In this document: in pieces, positions 50,163 through 63,294 of the stretch
How positions within the stretch are numbered: the first letter of the stretch is position 1
Layout: each line of letters starts with the position of its first letter
Source: Octopus sinensis
Taxonomy: Eukaryota
Length of the DNA stretch: 64,000 nucleotides
Assembly: GCF_006345805.1 (NCBI RefSeq)
Contig: NC_043026.1
Span: 12,193,579 to 12,257,578, forward strand
Reading direction: 5' to 3'
The notes under the pieces: model-generated
Seen by the model: the letters and a program-made list of their open reading frames with translations, nothing else
What the model was told of the DNA's origin: nothing
Database searches by the model: none
Position numbers and translations under genes: made by a program

Positions 50163-51424
50163 GATGGGCTTCTTTCAGTTTCTATGTAACAAATTCTCTT
50201 ACAAGGCTTTTGTCTGTCCGGGACACTTGCTCAAGATACAGCTGACCTTGGAACTACTACACGGCCACACCTACGACTATTGTGTGTGTGTGTAAGAAAA
50301 AGATATTTACAATTTACAATGTGAGAAAATTGAAATTGTATGTCACATCCTGTCACCGATTTACTGCTTGCTGGACCACCAACGAAACAAAACTGAAGTA
50401 AGTTAAAACGTTTTAAATTTAGTTCGAAACAATTTACTATAGAATTATCACTTCATGTCACCTCGGACTATATGATGTGTGCGTTTATAAGTTATAAGAA
50501 GGGCTACGAAGTAGTCGATCCTTTTGCAAACCGTCCTTTAGTAAACATCAATCGATAAAAAAAAAAATGGACAGTAAGAAATGTTTAAGTTTCACTACGA
50601 ATGTCACTAGGGTGTGGCCGTTCGTTCTGGCGTGTTGGCATGGAAGAGGTGCAGACGAATAACAGGACAGTACCTCTGTCATTCATCAAGAAATAGTACG
50701 GGTTAGGAATTGGGGGTGGAGGAGTCTGAAACCATACGTCTGGTGCCAGACGTTTACCGAAGGTCATCTCTTCAATTAGAAACATTTTTAGAGAGTTATA
50801 GCCAAAAAATAGCAAAAAAATGATGGTAATTTTTTTTAAAAATCGTTGACTCATCGTAGACATTTTTAGAGGGTTACTTCCCTTATATAATAGCGAAAAA
50901 ATGCATTAAAATGGGAAAAAATGATGGTAAATTATTTTTAAAATCGTAGACGCGCGCTAATACCCAGAAGGGCTCGATATGAATCACGACTATAAGATAC
51001 CCGCTTTTGGTTACACTGCACCGCAAAATGTGGGAGTAGTTAGGAATCTAAATCGTAGGAGACAGACAGACACACAACTTCACTTTTATTATATATAAAG
51101 ATTTGTGGAATTTTCAGGAAATGTTTGCACACGAGAATTCATATGATTATGCGCAAACAAAAAGCAATGTTTTATGTAGGGTAAGGCGATTTTGGCTGTT
51201 GTTTCTGGCACACCCAACGACGACCTATCTCGTTTCTTTGTCACTCTAACATGTATTAATGTCTTTTGACATGTATCAATGTCTTTTGTGACTACGTGCA
51301 GTGTATCAATGAAGTCTTAAATAGGCCACCAACTGCCAACCGGTTACTTCCATATATAATTAAACACAATGCCTTGTGAGTGGATTTGGTAGACAGAAAC
51401 TGAAAGAAGCCTGTCGTATATATG

Positions 51425-51457
<33 letters not shown>

Positions 51458-52406
51458 TTGTGTGCTGGTGTGTTTACATCCCCGTCACTTAGCGGTTCGG
51501 CAAAAAGAGACCGATAGAATAAGTACTGGGCTTACAAAAAGAATAAGTCCCGGGGTCGATTTGCTCGACTGAAGGCGGTGCTCCAGCATGGCCGCAGTCA
51601 AATGACTGAAACAAGTAAAAGAGTAAAAGAGAAAAGAGACCGATAGAATAAGTACTGGGCTTACAAAGAATAAGTCCCGGGGTCGATTTGCTCGACTAAA
51701 GGCGGTGCTCCAGCATGGCCGCAGTCAAACGACTGAAACAAGTAAAAGAGTAAAAGAGTATATATATATATATATATATATATACGATGGGCTTCTTTCA
51801 GTTTCTATGTAACAAATTCTCTTACAAGGCTTTTGTCTGTCCGGGACACTTGCTCAAGATACAGCTGACCTTGGAACTACTACACGGCCACACCTACGAC
51901 TATTGTGTGTGTGTGTAAGAAAAAGATATTTACAATTTACAATGTGAGAAAATTGAAATTGTATGTCACATCCTGTCACCGATTTACTGCTTGCTGGACC
52001 ACCAACGAAACAAAACTGAAGTAAGTTAAAACGTTTTAAATTTAGTTCGAAACAATTTACTATAGAATTATCACTTCATGTCACCTCGGACTATATGATG
52101 TGTGCGTTTATAAGTTATAAGAAGGGCTACGAAGTAGTCGATCCTTTTGCAAACCGTCCTTTAGTAAACATCAATCGATAAAAAAAAAATGGACAGTAAG
52201 AAATGTTTAAGTTTCACTACGAATGTCACTAGGGTGTGGCCGTTCGTTCTGGCGTGTTGGCATGGAAGAGGTGCAGACGAATAACAGGACAGTACCTCTG
52301 TCATTCATCAAGAAATAGTACGGGTTAGGAATTGGGGGTGGAGGAGTCTGAAACCATACGTCTGGTGCCAGACGTTTACCGAAGGTCATCTCTTCAATTA
52401 GAAACA
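49981..52406. repeat. interrupted duplication: 49981-50784 repeated at 51632-52406, with a copy of about 53435-53995 between them
   Basis: Same ORF text at 50585 and 52207; Helitron plus flank at 50785-51365 matches the 53435 region. Confidence 0.85.
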
Positions 52407-52692
52407 TGGTAAATAAATCCGGTTTTGAGAAACAACACTTGTTGCTGACATATTTTCAAGCAAAGGAGTGTCTGGATTTGACGTCAAGTTCTTTTTTAAG
52501 GAAGGACCCGATTCTCCGATTTTACAACCATTCTTCTATGTATGTAAAGCCGTGCTTCTCAACCAGGGTCCGCATGGCCCTTCGGGATCCTTGTAAGATT
52601 TTGTTGTAAAACATTATGAGCAATAAATTGCCTATACTTCCACAATACACAAAATATTCTAACAATTCTTTTAAATAGAATTCCTAATAATA

Positions 52693-53200
52693 TCTTTATA
52701 TATAAAAGTCAAGTTGTGTGTCTGTCTCCTACGATTTAGATTCCTAACTACTCCCACATTTTGCGGTGCAGTTTAACCAAATTCGGGTATCTTATAGTCG
52801 TGATTCATATCAAGCCCGTCTGAGTATTAGCGCGCGTCTACGATGAGTCTACGATTTTAAAAATAATTTAACATCATTTTTTATTCCATTTTAATGCATA
52901 ATTTCTCGTGTGTCGATGGCGGCGGAGTTGGCGTCCATGGTCACACCTGCACCTGTTTGCTTCTCCCCTTCTTCCCTCCCTCGTGAAGCTGTGGGGAAGG
53001 GAGTGTAAGGAAATCAACGTCGTAAAGCGTTGTCAAGGAGACCAGCGTTCTTTTAGAACAACGACTTCATGGCTTGAAGACACCAAAACAGAAATGGCTA
53101 AGAAAGCCCGAATTGGCATCTATAAGGGAAGTAACTCTCTAAAAATGCTTATATAGTTATTTCCCTTACAAACCCGAGCAACGCCGGGCGATACTGCCAG
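52693..53200 (+). mobile_element. non-autonomous Helitron
   Basis: 5' TC; hairpin; CCAG end variant. Confidence 0.85.
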
Positions 53201-53378
53201 TTTAATAATATAAGTATAATATGATTTTTAATCATCAAATGGCCATCGCGTTCCACCTGATTAAAACTGGAATCTCGGACAGAAGTCACTTAACTACGTG
53301 TAAATGCATTCATACATGTGAGGGCGAACTTGTGGTTTAAGCGACCCCATATAACCCCTCATAACTTTTATTTTTAAA

Positions 53379-53749
53379 CTAGCAGTATCGCCCGGCGTTG
53401 CTCGGATTTGTAAGGGAAATAACTATATAAGCATTTTTAGAGAGTTATAGCCAAAAAATAGCAAAAAAATTATGGTAATTTTTTTTAAAATCGTTGACTC
53501 ATCGTAGACATTTTTAGAGGGTTACTTCCCTTATATAATAGCGAAAAAATGCATTAAAATGGAAAAAAATGATGGTAAATTATTTTTAAAATCGTAGACG
53601 CGCGCTAATACCCAGAAGGGCTCGATATGAATCACGACTATAAGATACCCGCTTTTGGTTACACTGCACCGCAAAATGTGGGAGTAGTTAGGAATCTAAA
53701 TCGTAGGAGACAGACAGACACACAACTTCACTTTTATTATATATAAAGA
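53379..53749 (-). mobile_element. non-autonomous Helitron, tail-to-tail with 52693-53200
   Basis: CTAG at 53379; TC at 53748-53749. Confidence 0.85.
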
Positions 53750-54432
53750 TTTGTGGAATTTTCAGGAAATGTTTGCACACGAGAATTCATATGATTATGC
53801 GCAAACAAAAAGCAATGTTTTATGTAGGGTTAAGGGCGATTTTGGCTGTTGTTTCTGGCACACCCAACGACGACCTATCTCGTTTCTTTGTCGCTCTGAC
53901 ATGTATTAATGTCTTTTGTGACTACGTGCAGTGTATCAACGAAGTCTTAAATAGGCCACCAACTGCCAACCGATTACTTCCATGTATAATTAAACATAAT
54001 AGTTTACTTGTTGCATGAATAACCATAAAAAGAGGGGGAGGTAAGTATACTCAGCCAGTGCAGAAGCCTATTGTGACCAACCAGATTTACCTGCCCCGTA
54101 CATACACATAGGTGCTTTATCGAGTTTGTTTCCTCATAACTTTCGGAAAAATAGATATTTTTGAATAAAATTTTCTACAAATATGGCGATATTAAAAAAA
54201 AATTCGGATTTTTTCGGTTTGAACGGCAGTTTTTAACATAATTTCTAGGTAACTAAAAAATTTTAAACTTCGTATACTGGTAGAATGTGTTTATAAAACA
54301 TCTTTTTCTCTTGGCTTTCTTGAGAAAATTCTGTTGTTTGTAAGATATTTGTTGTTTTTTTTTTCTTCAATTTCTTCAATTTCAACCCTAGTCCTGTGCC
54401 AAAATTTGAAACCATTATTATCATTATTATCA

Positions 54433-54499
<67 letters not shown>

Positions 54500-54691
54500 G
54501 TGAGAGAGCAGTTCATGCCATCAAAGTGACACTGGGGTAAAAATATACGAAGCCCAATATACCCATCATGACTACCCGTCTGATAAGGGTACACCGGGCA
54601 CATGCATCACAACCATTATTATTATTATTATTATTATAATTTAAGATGTCATACAGTATCCAACTTTGTATGACTTCACAGGCTGACTGCC

Positions 54692-54720
<29 letters not shown>

Positions 54721-54722
<2 letters not shown>

Positions 54723-55028
54723 GAATACAAAGACCTGGAAATAGAGGTAACCAGAATGTGGAATCTAAAAACAGAAACAATTCCTATCATAATAGGTGCA
54801 TTAGGCATGATAAAAAAATTTCAGACAAATACATAACAAAAACACCAGGACTTACAAACACATATAACATACAGAAAATTGCACTACTAGGCACTGCACA
54901 CATCCTACGCAGAACACTTTCCATACAATAACCATCGGAGCATCACAACAAATCACAGCACATACCCAAGGCACACAGAGCTGTGCTCGGTAGTGAAGTG
55001 AAAGCATGCTATAAAAATAAAACTACTG
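54721..55028 (+). mobile_element. R4/Dong-clade LINE 3' end, short copy in (TAA)n
   Basis: Matches the 3' part of 55046-55533. Confidence 0.8.
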
Positions 55029-55045
55029 AATAATAATAATAATAA

Positions 55046-55530
55046 GGTCACAGAAAACGAGAAAGCAACCATACTCTGGGATATGCCGATACACACAGAT
55101 AGAGAAATTAAGGCCAACAGACCAGATATAGTTGTCAGAGATCATGAAGAAAAAAAATGCTTTCTAATTGATGTATCAATACCGGCAGATGACAACGTGT
55201 CTCTAAAAGAAATGGAGAAACTCTCAAAATACAAAGACCTGGAAATAGAGGTAACCAGAATGTGGAATCTGAAAACAGAAACAATTCCTATCATAGTAGG
55301 TGCATTAGGCATGATAAAAAAATATTCAGACAAATACATAACAAAAACACCAGGACTTACAAACACATATAACATACAGAAAATTGCACTACTAGGCACT
55401 GCACACATCCTACGCAGAACACTTTCCATACAATAACCATCAGAGCATCACAACAAATCACAGCACATACCCAAGGCACACAGAGCTGCGCTCGGTAGTG
55501 AAGTGAAAGCATGCTATAAAAATAAAACTA

Positions 55531-55533
<3 letters not shown>
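55046..55533 (+). mobile_element. R4/Dong-clade LINE 3' end encoding the restriction-like endonuclease
   Basis: RPDIVV...CFLIDVSIP.D.N...KEMEKLSKYKDL (PD-D/ExK RLE); flanked by (TAA)n, the known Dong target. Confidence 0.85.
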
Positions 55534-55569
<36 letters not shown>

Positions 55570-55742
55570 CTTTTCTACTATAGGCACAAGGCCAGAAGTT
55601 TTAGGGCAGGGAAACAGTCAATCACATCGACCCCTGTGCTTGACTGGTACTTATTTTACCAACAGGTCTTGTGCCAAAATTTGAAACCAATAAGATAAAA
55701 TATTTTGATTTTTGAGCATTTTTTTTTTTTATTTTTCAGATC

Positions 55743-55785
55743 ATGCAAACGTTAGCAGCGAGTCTATTTCTTATTTCATTCTTCT
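55743..55785 (+). CDS. Ig-like gene coding exon 1 (signal peptide MQTLAASLFLISFF, ends in phase 1)
   Basis: Acceptor TTTTTCAG at 55739, ATG 55743, donor GTAAGT 55786. Confidence 0.8.
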
Positions 55786-56030
55786 GTAAGTTATTATTTT
55801 GGTAATATCTTTAACCTTAAAAATTGCTCAATTTTAACCTATTTTCATACTTTTAAAACTTTATTTTCTTACATTTTTTAACCTTATTTTTTAAAACTTT
55901 TATTCTCAAATTTTAACCTCATTTTAACTTTATTATTATTAATAAATCTATGGATTGTTGTGACAAAAAACAGAACATTTCTCTTCAATTTATCAAATAT
56001 AAAAACTGAAATCAAAATGATCTTTTACAG

Positions 56031-56072
56031 GTGCAATATATGAAAGTGTAGGACATAAAATTGTTCCAAATG
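56031..56072 (+). CDS. Ig-like gene coding exon 2 (CAIYESVGHKIVPN, phase 1-1)
   Basis: TCTTTTACAG acceptor, GTAATT donor, 42 nt. Confidence 0.75.
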
Positions 56073-56230
56073 GTAATTATATTTTCCAAATGTTTACTGA
56101 TTTTAAACTATGTGTTATCTTTAAGTACTGGTCTAGAGATTCTCCGGGTTTCTGTTTCCTTGTGGCCAAAAGATGGTGTGCCATTATGATATTCTTTGGT
56201 TTAATATACACACTCTTTAGTGTATTTACA

Positions 56231-56455
56231 GCTTTACTCTTTTACTCTTTTACATGTTTCAGTCAATTGACTGCGGCCATGCTGGAGCACCACCTCTAAT
56301 CGAGCAACTCGACCCCAGGACTTATTCTTTTGTAAGCCCAGTACTTATTCTATTGGTCTCTTTTGCCGAACCGCTAAGTGATGGGGACGTAAACACACCA
56401 GCATCAGTTGTCAAGCAAAGCTAGGGGGACAAACACAGACACACAAACACACACG

Positions 56456-56512
<57 letters not shown>

Positions 56513-56675
56513 GTATACGACGGGCTTTTTCAGTTTCCTTCTACCAAATCCACTCACAAGGCTTTGGTCGGCCCGAGGCTATAGTAGAAGACACTTGCCC
56601 AAGGTGCCACGCAGTGAGACTGAACCCGGAACCATGTGGTTGGTAAGCAAGCTACTTACCACACAGCCACTCCTG
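56231..56675 (-). mobile_element. SINE family A (intronic)
   Basis: Matches A consensus. Confidence 0.88.
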
Positions 56676-56971
56676 CTTGTTCATAGTTCTTTATATAAAG
56701 TCAATTCCCTTCATATCAAAGGAAGTCACTCAAATCATAACACAATTTGCATAACTTTAGCCTTTTGGTGTAAAATGCACTCTTGTTTATATTGCTAGTG
56801 TGGAGATAAGTCCCCGCCATCTCCAGTGCCGAGACCACCAGATCACATGATTTCAAGTTGGGTCTAGTCAACAAGGGACGCTCAAACCTTATCTGTTTTT
56901 ATCTCATTACAAAAACTCTTCAGTTACTAACTTTTTATTCATTCTAATTGGTACCTTAGCAAGGCCTAGAA

Positions 56972-57254
56972 ATAGTGGAAGCATGTGGACTAGTGGTTAG
57001 GGCAGTGGACTCGCAGTTGAGGGATCGCGGGTTCGAATCTCAGACCAGCAGGCAATGTGTGTGTTTATGAGCGAAACACCTAAGCTCCACGCGCCTCCGG
57101 CAGAAGGTAAAACCGAACTTCTGCTGACCCTTTTCTCTTGCATCTTGCAGCTCACCTGCGACGGACCAGCGTCCCGTCCAGGTGGGGAACCTATATGCCA
57201 AGGAAACCGGGAAACTGGCCCTTCTGAGCCAGGCATGGCTCGAGAAGGAACAAA
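56972..57254 (+). mobile_element. SINE family C with 11 bp TSD
   Basis: AAGGCCTAGAA at 56961-56971 and 57255-57265. Confidence 0.87.
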
Positions 57255-57366
57255 AAGGCCTAGAAGTGAACCTCAAATTCCCAGTTACCAAGTCTGTATC
57301 ACGCATTCTGCCCAGATTATCAGCCGGTCAGCTTACAGTGATATCCTGCCAAAATATCATCATAAT

Positions 57367-57587
57367 CTATTTCATTACTGCCCACAAGGGGCTAAACACA
57401 GAGGGGACAAACAAGGACAGACAAACGGATTATATTGATTACATCGACCCCAGTGCGTAACTGGTACTTAATTTAATCGACCCCGAAAGGATGAAAGGCA
57501 AAGTTGACCTCGGCGAATTTGAACTCAGACGAAATACGTCTACGTATTTCGCCCGGCGTGCTAACGAGTCTGCCAGCTCGTCGCCTT
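57367..57587 (-). mobile_element. SINE family B monomer
   Basis: Matches B consensus. Confidence 0.85.
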
Positions 57588-58109
57588 AGCGTCCGCTTTC
57601 ATCACAATCATCGTCGTCGTTGTTGTTGTCATCATCATTTAACATCCATTCTCCATGGTTTTGATAGGAGCTCACCAGAGGACTGCACTGCCTTTACTGT
57701 CTGTTTTAGCATGGTTTTTACAGTTTTAAGTTTCTAATTTAGATAATGGAGTTTTTTTATAAGAAAAATTATTATTTTGTTTGTTTCTTAAAAAATATTG
57801 TTTAACTCTGTTTGCTTATTTATTCAACTATTATCATTAACCTGAAGATTGACTATAATTTTAGTTCAAATTTATTTTAATTGAATTTAAACTTAATTGT
57901 AATTCGAATTTGATTATAGCCATGAAACGTACGTAGTGTTTTTATGTATTTTATTATATTTATCACTCATTTTATACTTTTTTGGAAAAAAAATTTATAA
58001 AAAATTTAAATTTCAAATTTTATATAATGAAAATGTTAATATTAGTGAAATAAATGCCTAAATCAATGATATAACGAATCAAAGAATGATATTGACTTAT
58101 TCCTTTCAG

Positions 58110-58358
58110 GAACAATTTATTTAGGTGAAAGTACAACACTTTACATTACAATCCCGAACATAAAGAGACCCGTAGTTTGGCAAAGCCTTAACTACAAATA
58201 TGAGTGCGATAAAACGTGCGCGGACGGAGATGACTATAAAGTTACTCAAGTAGACAACACATCTTCGCTCTGGATTCGAAATGTATCTTGGAAGTTTTCT
58301 ACATGGGTATTTTCCGATGACAATCTCCAATTTGCAAAAATTGATTTGGACATAAACG
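58110..58358 (+). CDS. Ig-like gene coding exon 3 (V/I-like domain, phase 1-1, 249 nt)
   Basis: CCTTTCAG acceptor, GTAAGG donor; stop-free TIYLGESTTLYITIP...VVWQ...ECDKTC...YKVTQ...SSLWIRNVS...KIDLDIN. Confidence 0.85.
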
Positions 58359-58368
58359 GTAAGGAATT

Positions 58369-58680
58369 TCTTCCTCCTCCCCCCTCCTCCTCTTCCTCCT
58401 CCTCCCCCCTCCTCCTCTTCCTCCTCCCCTCCTTCTCTTCCTCCTCCTCCTCCTCCTCCTCCTCTTTCACTCCCCCACTTCCTCCCCTTCGTCCTCCTCC
58501 TCTTCCACCCCCCTCCTCCTCCTCCTCTTCTTCCTCCTCTTCTTCCTCCTCTTCTTCCTCCTCTTCTTCCTCCTCTTCTTCCTCCTCCTCTTCCTCCTCT
58601 ACCTCCTTTTCCTCATCTTCCTCCCACCCCACCCCTTTCCCCCCCAGCCTCCCCCACCCCCGCCTCCTCCTCCTTGCTTC
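58369..58680. repeat. (CCT/CTT)n polypyrimidine tract
   Basis: Direct reading; starts 10 nt after the exon 3 donor. Confidence 0.95.
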
Positions 58681-58774
58681 TTTATCGTCGATGTCCCTTT
58701 AAACATGGTGTGTAGCTCTAAGGACTCTCCATGTCTCCAAGCAATTTTTTTTTTCAGTTTCTGCTAGAGTCAAA

Positions 58775-59275
58775 ATCATCACCATCATGAATATTTACGG
58801 TCCGTTTTTCATGCTGGCATGGGTTGGAACGTTTGAGAAGAACTGGCAAGGCTAGAAAGCTGCGCCAGGTCCCATAAGGTATTTTGGGCTTGGTTTCTAT
58901 GGCTGGATGCCCTTCCTAACACCAACCATTACACAGTGTATTTTTATGCTTTTTATGTTGCACCAACACCAGTGCTTTTTACATGGCCCCAGCACCAGCC
59001 CTTTTTACATGGCCCCAGCACCAGCCCTTTTTACATGGTACCAGCACCCACTTCAATGCTTTTTACGTGGTGCCTTAATTTTAGGATCTCGATTCTGTTG
59101 CGGTGGGTAGGTCTTCTCAAGTATAGCAATGCACCACATATCTTGGTCCTCAGGCATTTACTTCTAAGGTTCAGCGTTTGGAGATCGGCCTTCAGTACTT
59201 CGTCCCACGTCTTCCTGGGTCCCCCTCTTCCACAAATTCTCTCCATTTTAAGTAGGAAATTTAAGTTTACTCTCC
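58775..59275 (-). mobile_element. family D element attached to an RTE LINE ORF2 3' end
   Basis: GRGGPRKTWDEVLKADLQTLNL matches the RTE C-terminal GRPRKTW motif; followed by the D core and CAT repeats. Confidence 0.7.
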
Positions 59276-59511
59276 TTGCGAGAAGTGGTTTTATACACAA
59301 TGGATTTTTTTTCAGTGTTAGTTTTTTCCACCTCACTAAGAGACAACTCCTGGTATTTCAGTATCATTTTTTAGAAAAATGCTACAGCTGTTTCGAGTTT
59401 GATTATTTTTACCCAATCAGAAAAAAGTATTTGGAAGCTGAGATTTTGTAAATGATATCTGTCTGTGATAACATTGGGCAAAACATTACGACAGAATTCA
59501 ATTCATTTCAA

Positions 59512-59690
59512 CATTTAAGTTTAATTTGTCAAAATATCTTCGTCGCTTTAAGACCGCGACCTGTTCACTGACAAAAATCCGTACTGCATCTCAGCACGGA
59601 TTTTTGTCTGAGATGCAGCATGGATTTTTGTCAGTGAGAAGGTCACGGTCTTAAAGCGATGAAAATATTTTGACAAATTAAACTTAAATG
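59512..59690. repeat. imperfect palindrome, about 80 bp arms (foldback MITE-like)
   Basis: CATTTAAGTTTAATTTGTCAAAATA / TATTTTGACAAATTAAACTTAAATG. Confidence 0.85.
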
Positions 59691-60068
59691 CTGAAGTGAA
59701 TCGAACGGCTTTTGTGTGTTTCTTAAATGGCTTACAAACACCTTCCACGCTGCAATTATTTTCGTTTCAGCACACGATCTCAGATCAAATCACTTGCTAT
59801 GCAAGTACATCTACGACAGAATTATTAGCTAGAATGTTCCAACAATTGTTTGTCCCCGGCCACTGCTTGTCCACCGGTTTTGGTGTGTTTATGTCCCCCT
59901 ACTTAGCAGTTTGACAAAAGGTACTGATAGGAGAAACAGCAGGTTTAAAAAGAAAACAAGGTGGTGCCCTATGGCTGCAACCTAGTAGCTGAAACAAGTG
60001 GAAGAAAACAAAAGAAAGAATATATGATATTACTCGTAAAGGGTATCATCTCTTTTCACTGCTCTTAA

Positions 60069-60289
60069 TCCTTTAGTGTTCGCATTATTCTGCCAAAATT
60101 AATCCTTTTTTATCCACATTGCCTTGAACTAATCATGCATTATCTTGTAGCTATGAGATTTTGATGAGGTAGCTGTTAATTTTTCAAAAGATATTGTAGG
60201 GTTGGTGTGAGAGACCAGATCCGGCCAGTTTGAACATAAAACAGGCAGAATACTTTTGGCCGGATATGGCCGGTTTAAATACTAAAGGG
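60069..60289. mobile_element. piggyBac-like MITE
   Basis: TTAA|TCCTTTAGT...ACTAAAGGG|TTAA. Confidence 0.7.
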
Positions 60290-60317
60290 TTAAACAATGT
60301 TTGTAACATATTTTTAG

Positions 60318-60415
60318 TGAAACCTGAAATTGAAATCAAACACACAAACTGCGAATACACAGTCAAGGCCCTCTGTTCCTTACCTGTAACACACATAGAA
60401 TGTCGATATGGTAAG
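60318..60415 (+). CDS. Ig-like gene coding exon 4 (first half of domain 2, phase 1-0)
   Basis: TTTTTAG acceptor, AAG|GTAAGT donor; VKPEIEIKHTNCEYTVKALCSLPVTHIECRYGK. Confidence 0.8.
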
Positions 60416-60885
60416 GTAAGTCAATGGAATATTATTTTATTTCTGTTTATTTGGCGAATGTGTTCTTTTTGGCTCACAGTTGTTGAAATATCAAAATTAA
60501 GTGAGATTTTTCAAATTTGGTTTATTCATGTAATTTTTCACGCTAAATCTGATTTTGTTATTCATTTGTTCCAGAAAAATTTGAGGAAACTTTGAGGAAG
60601 GTTTATAATTTGACAATTTTTATCCAATCAGGAAAGAGGGTTTAAAAGCTGGGATAAGTTTTAAAGAAAAAAGTCATGTGAAATGCTGGGACAGGCATAG
60701 GGTCTTTTCTGTTTCACTCATGGTTTTCAATTCATTTAATTTTTTTTTTCCAGTTTGGTGTATTAATTTAGTTTTTTATGCTAAACATTTTCGGGAAAAA
60801 AAAATTTCGTTCAGGATATTTCATTTTTATACTGTTTAGATGCCTGGGATCTCTTCTGGTCTGCTCAAATATTTTGAAAATTTAA

Positions 60886-61400
60886 CTGGATGTTTGATTT
60901 TTATCACTCTCAGTACATGTTTTGGGGACATGGCAAGACAACGGTTGTTCTGTGTATTCACTAACTGATCCTGGCAGAAATTTTTCTCATGCTTGAGTTT
61001 GTTCAGACTTACCTCTTGTCCTTGATGGATTGGGATATAAATTGGCCCTTTCTCATCTTGTATGAAGAATACTGAATGTCTTCATGCATTACCTGCCTGA
61101 TAAGAAACTCAGACACTCCCATGTCACTGGCGATGGACCTGATTGACTTGGAGGGATCGTTGTCAATCATGGCCTAGATCTCACCAACAAATTCGGGAGT
61201 TCTTCTCTTATCATAACGATCAGAGTGAGTTTTCTAAGCTGTTGTGCTTTTGTAATCCCCATTAGACTCATCCAACTCCTTCCGAATCCTCTGCACTGTC
61301 CTCAGATTGACACCCAAACACTCTGAAATAGTCATATTGGAGCTTCTGGTGCAAATGCAGTACAGCATGTTCCCAAATTTTTGGCAGAGCGAATTGCGTC
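60886..61400 (-). mobile_element. Tc1/mariner (maT/DD37D-like) transposase relic
   Basis: ISECLGVNLRTVQRIRKEL HTH; RTPEFVGEI..MIDNDPSKSIRSIASDMGVSEFLIR...YKMRKGQF; FCQDQ. Confidence 0.75.
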
Positions 61401-61737
61401 TTGGTGCTGTTTTTCTCTCAGACAGTGCCCAACTGACCCTACGATACTGTGTAGTCGACAAAATCAAAAACAAACAATGTGCACGCGTGAAATTAAAAAA
61501 TATAAAATGGCAACAAAATTTACCCTTCGCAGCCTGTATATATGCCATAGCGGATCTATTTTTAGCGCAAGAGTCGACCATATAGTGGTCACTCTCTTAT
61601 ATTTGTGTATAAATTTTTATTGTATCCCTGGTTTTTATGCACTAAGCCACTTGGTGTTAAATTGATGGTATTATCAAATTAATATCCAATTTTTTCACCC
61701 TTATTTTTGATTATATATATATATATATATATATATA

Positions 61738-62297
<560 letters not shown>

Positions 62298-62305
62298 ATA
62301 TATAT

Positions 62306-62575
62306 ATGGCCCAGTGGTTAGGGTAGCGGACTCGCAGTCATAGGATCGTGCTTTCGATTCCCAGACCGGGCGTTGTGAGTGTTTATTGAGCGAAAACACC
62401 TAAAAGCTCCACGAGGCTCCGTTAGGGGATGGTGGTGATCCCTGCTGTACTCTTTCACCACAACTTTCTCTCTCACTCTTACTTCCTGTTGGCCTGCTTG
62501 CTTAGCCAGCGGGGTGGCGTCATTCGAAGGCTAAAACAATGCGAAGCGCATTGTGACCAGCGATGTGTGATCACG
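62306..62575 (+). mobile_element. SINE family F
   Basis: Reverse complement of 37195-37457. Confidence 0.78.
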
Positions 62576-62724
62576 GTGATATATAGTCTACAAAATCCAC
62601 TCATAAGGCTTTGGTCAGCCCAAGGCTATATTAGAAGACAAGATACCACACAGTGGAACTGGACGTAGTACCGTGTGGTTGCGAAGCAATCTTCTTACCC
62701 CATAACCATGCCTACACCTATATA

Positions 62725-63257
62725 CTCTTTACTCTCTTTCACTCTTTCACTTGTTTCAGTCATTTGACTGCGGCCATGCTGGAGCACCGCCTTTAGTCGA
62801 GCAAATCGACCCCGGGACTTATTCTTTTGTAAGCCCAGTACTTATTCTATCGGTCTCTTTTACTTGTTTCAGTCATTTGACTGCGGCCATGCTGGGGCAC
62901 CGCCTTTAGTCGAGCAAATCGACCCCGGGACTTATTCTTTTGTAAGCCCAGTACTTATTCCATCGGTCTCTTTTGCCGAACCGCTAAGTAACGGGGACAT
63001 AAACACACCAGCATCGGTTGTCAAGCAATGCTAGGGGGACAAACACAGACACACAGACACACACACGCATATATATATATATATACATATATACGACGGG
63101 GTTCTTTCAGTTTCCATCTACCAAATCCACTCACAAGGCATTGGTCGGCCCGAGGCTATAGTAGAAGACACTTGCCCAAGGTGCCATGCAGTGGGACTGA
63201 ACCCGGAACCATGTGGTTGGTAAACAAGCGACTTACCACACAGCCACTCCTGCGCCT
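62725..63257 (-). mobile_element. SINE family A with duplicated 3' segment
   Basis: Junction at CTCTTTT 62855-62861. Confidence 0.88.
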
Positions 63258-63294
63258 ATATAATTCATTTTAATATATTTTTTTTTTCTCTCAG

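Noticed and set aside
50585-50863. Duplicated ORF MFLIEEMTFGKRLAPDVW as a small gene
   Set aside because: No recognisable motif, non-ATG or Helitron-derived start, and repetition is explained by the segmental duplication.
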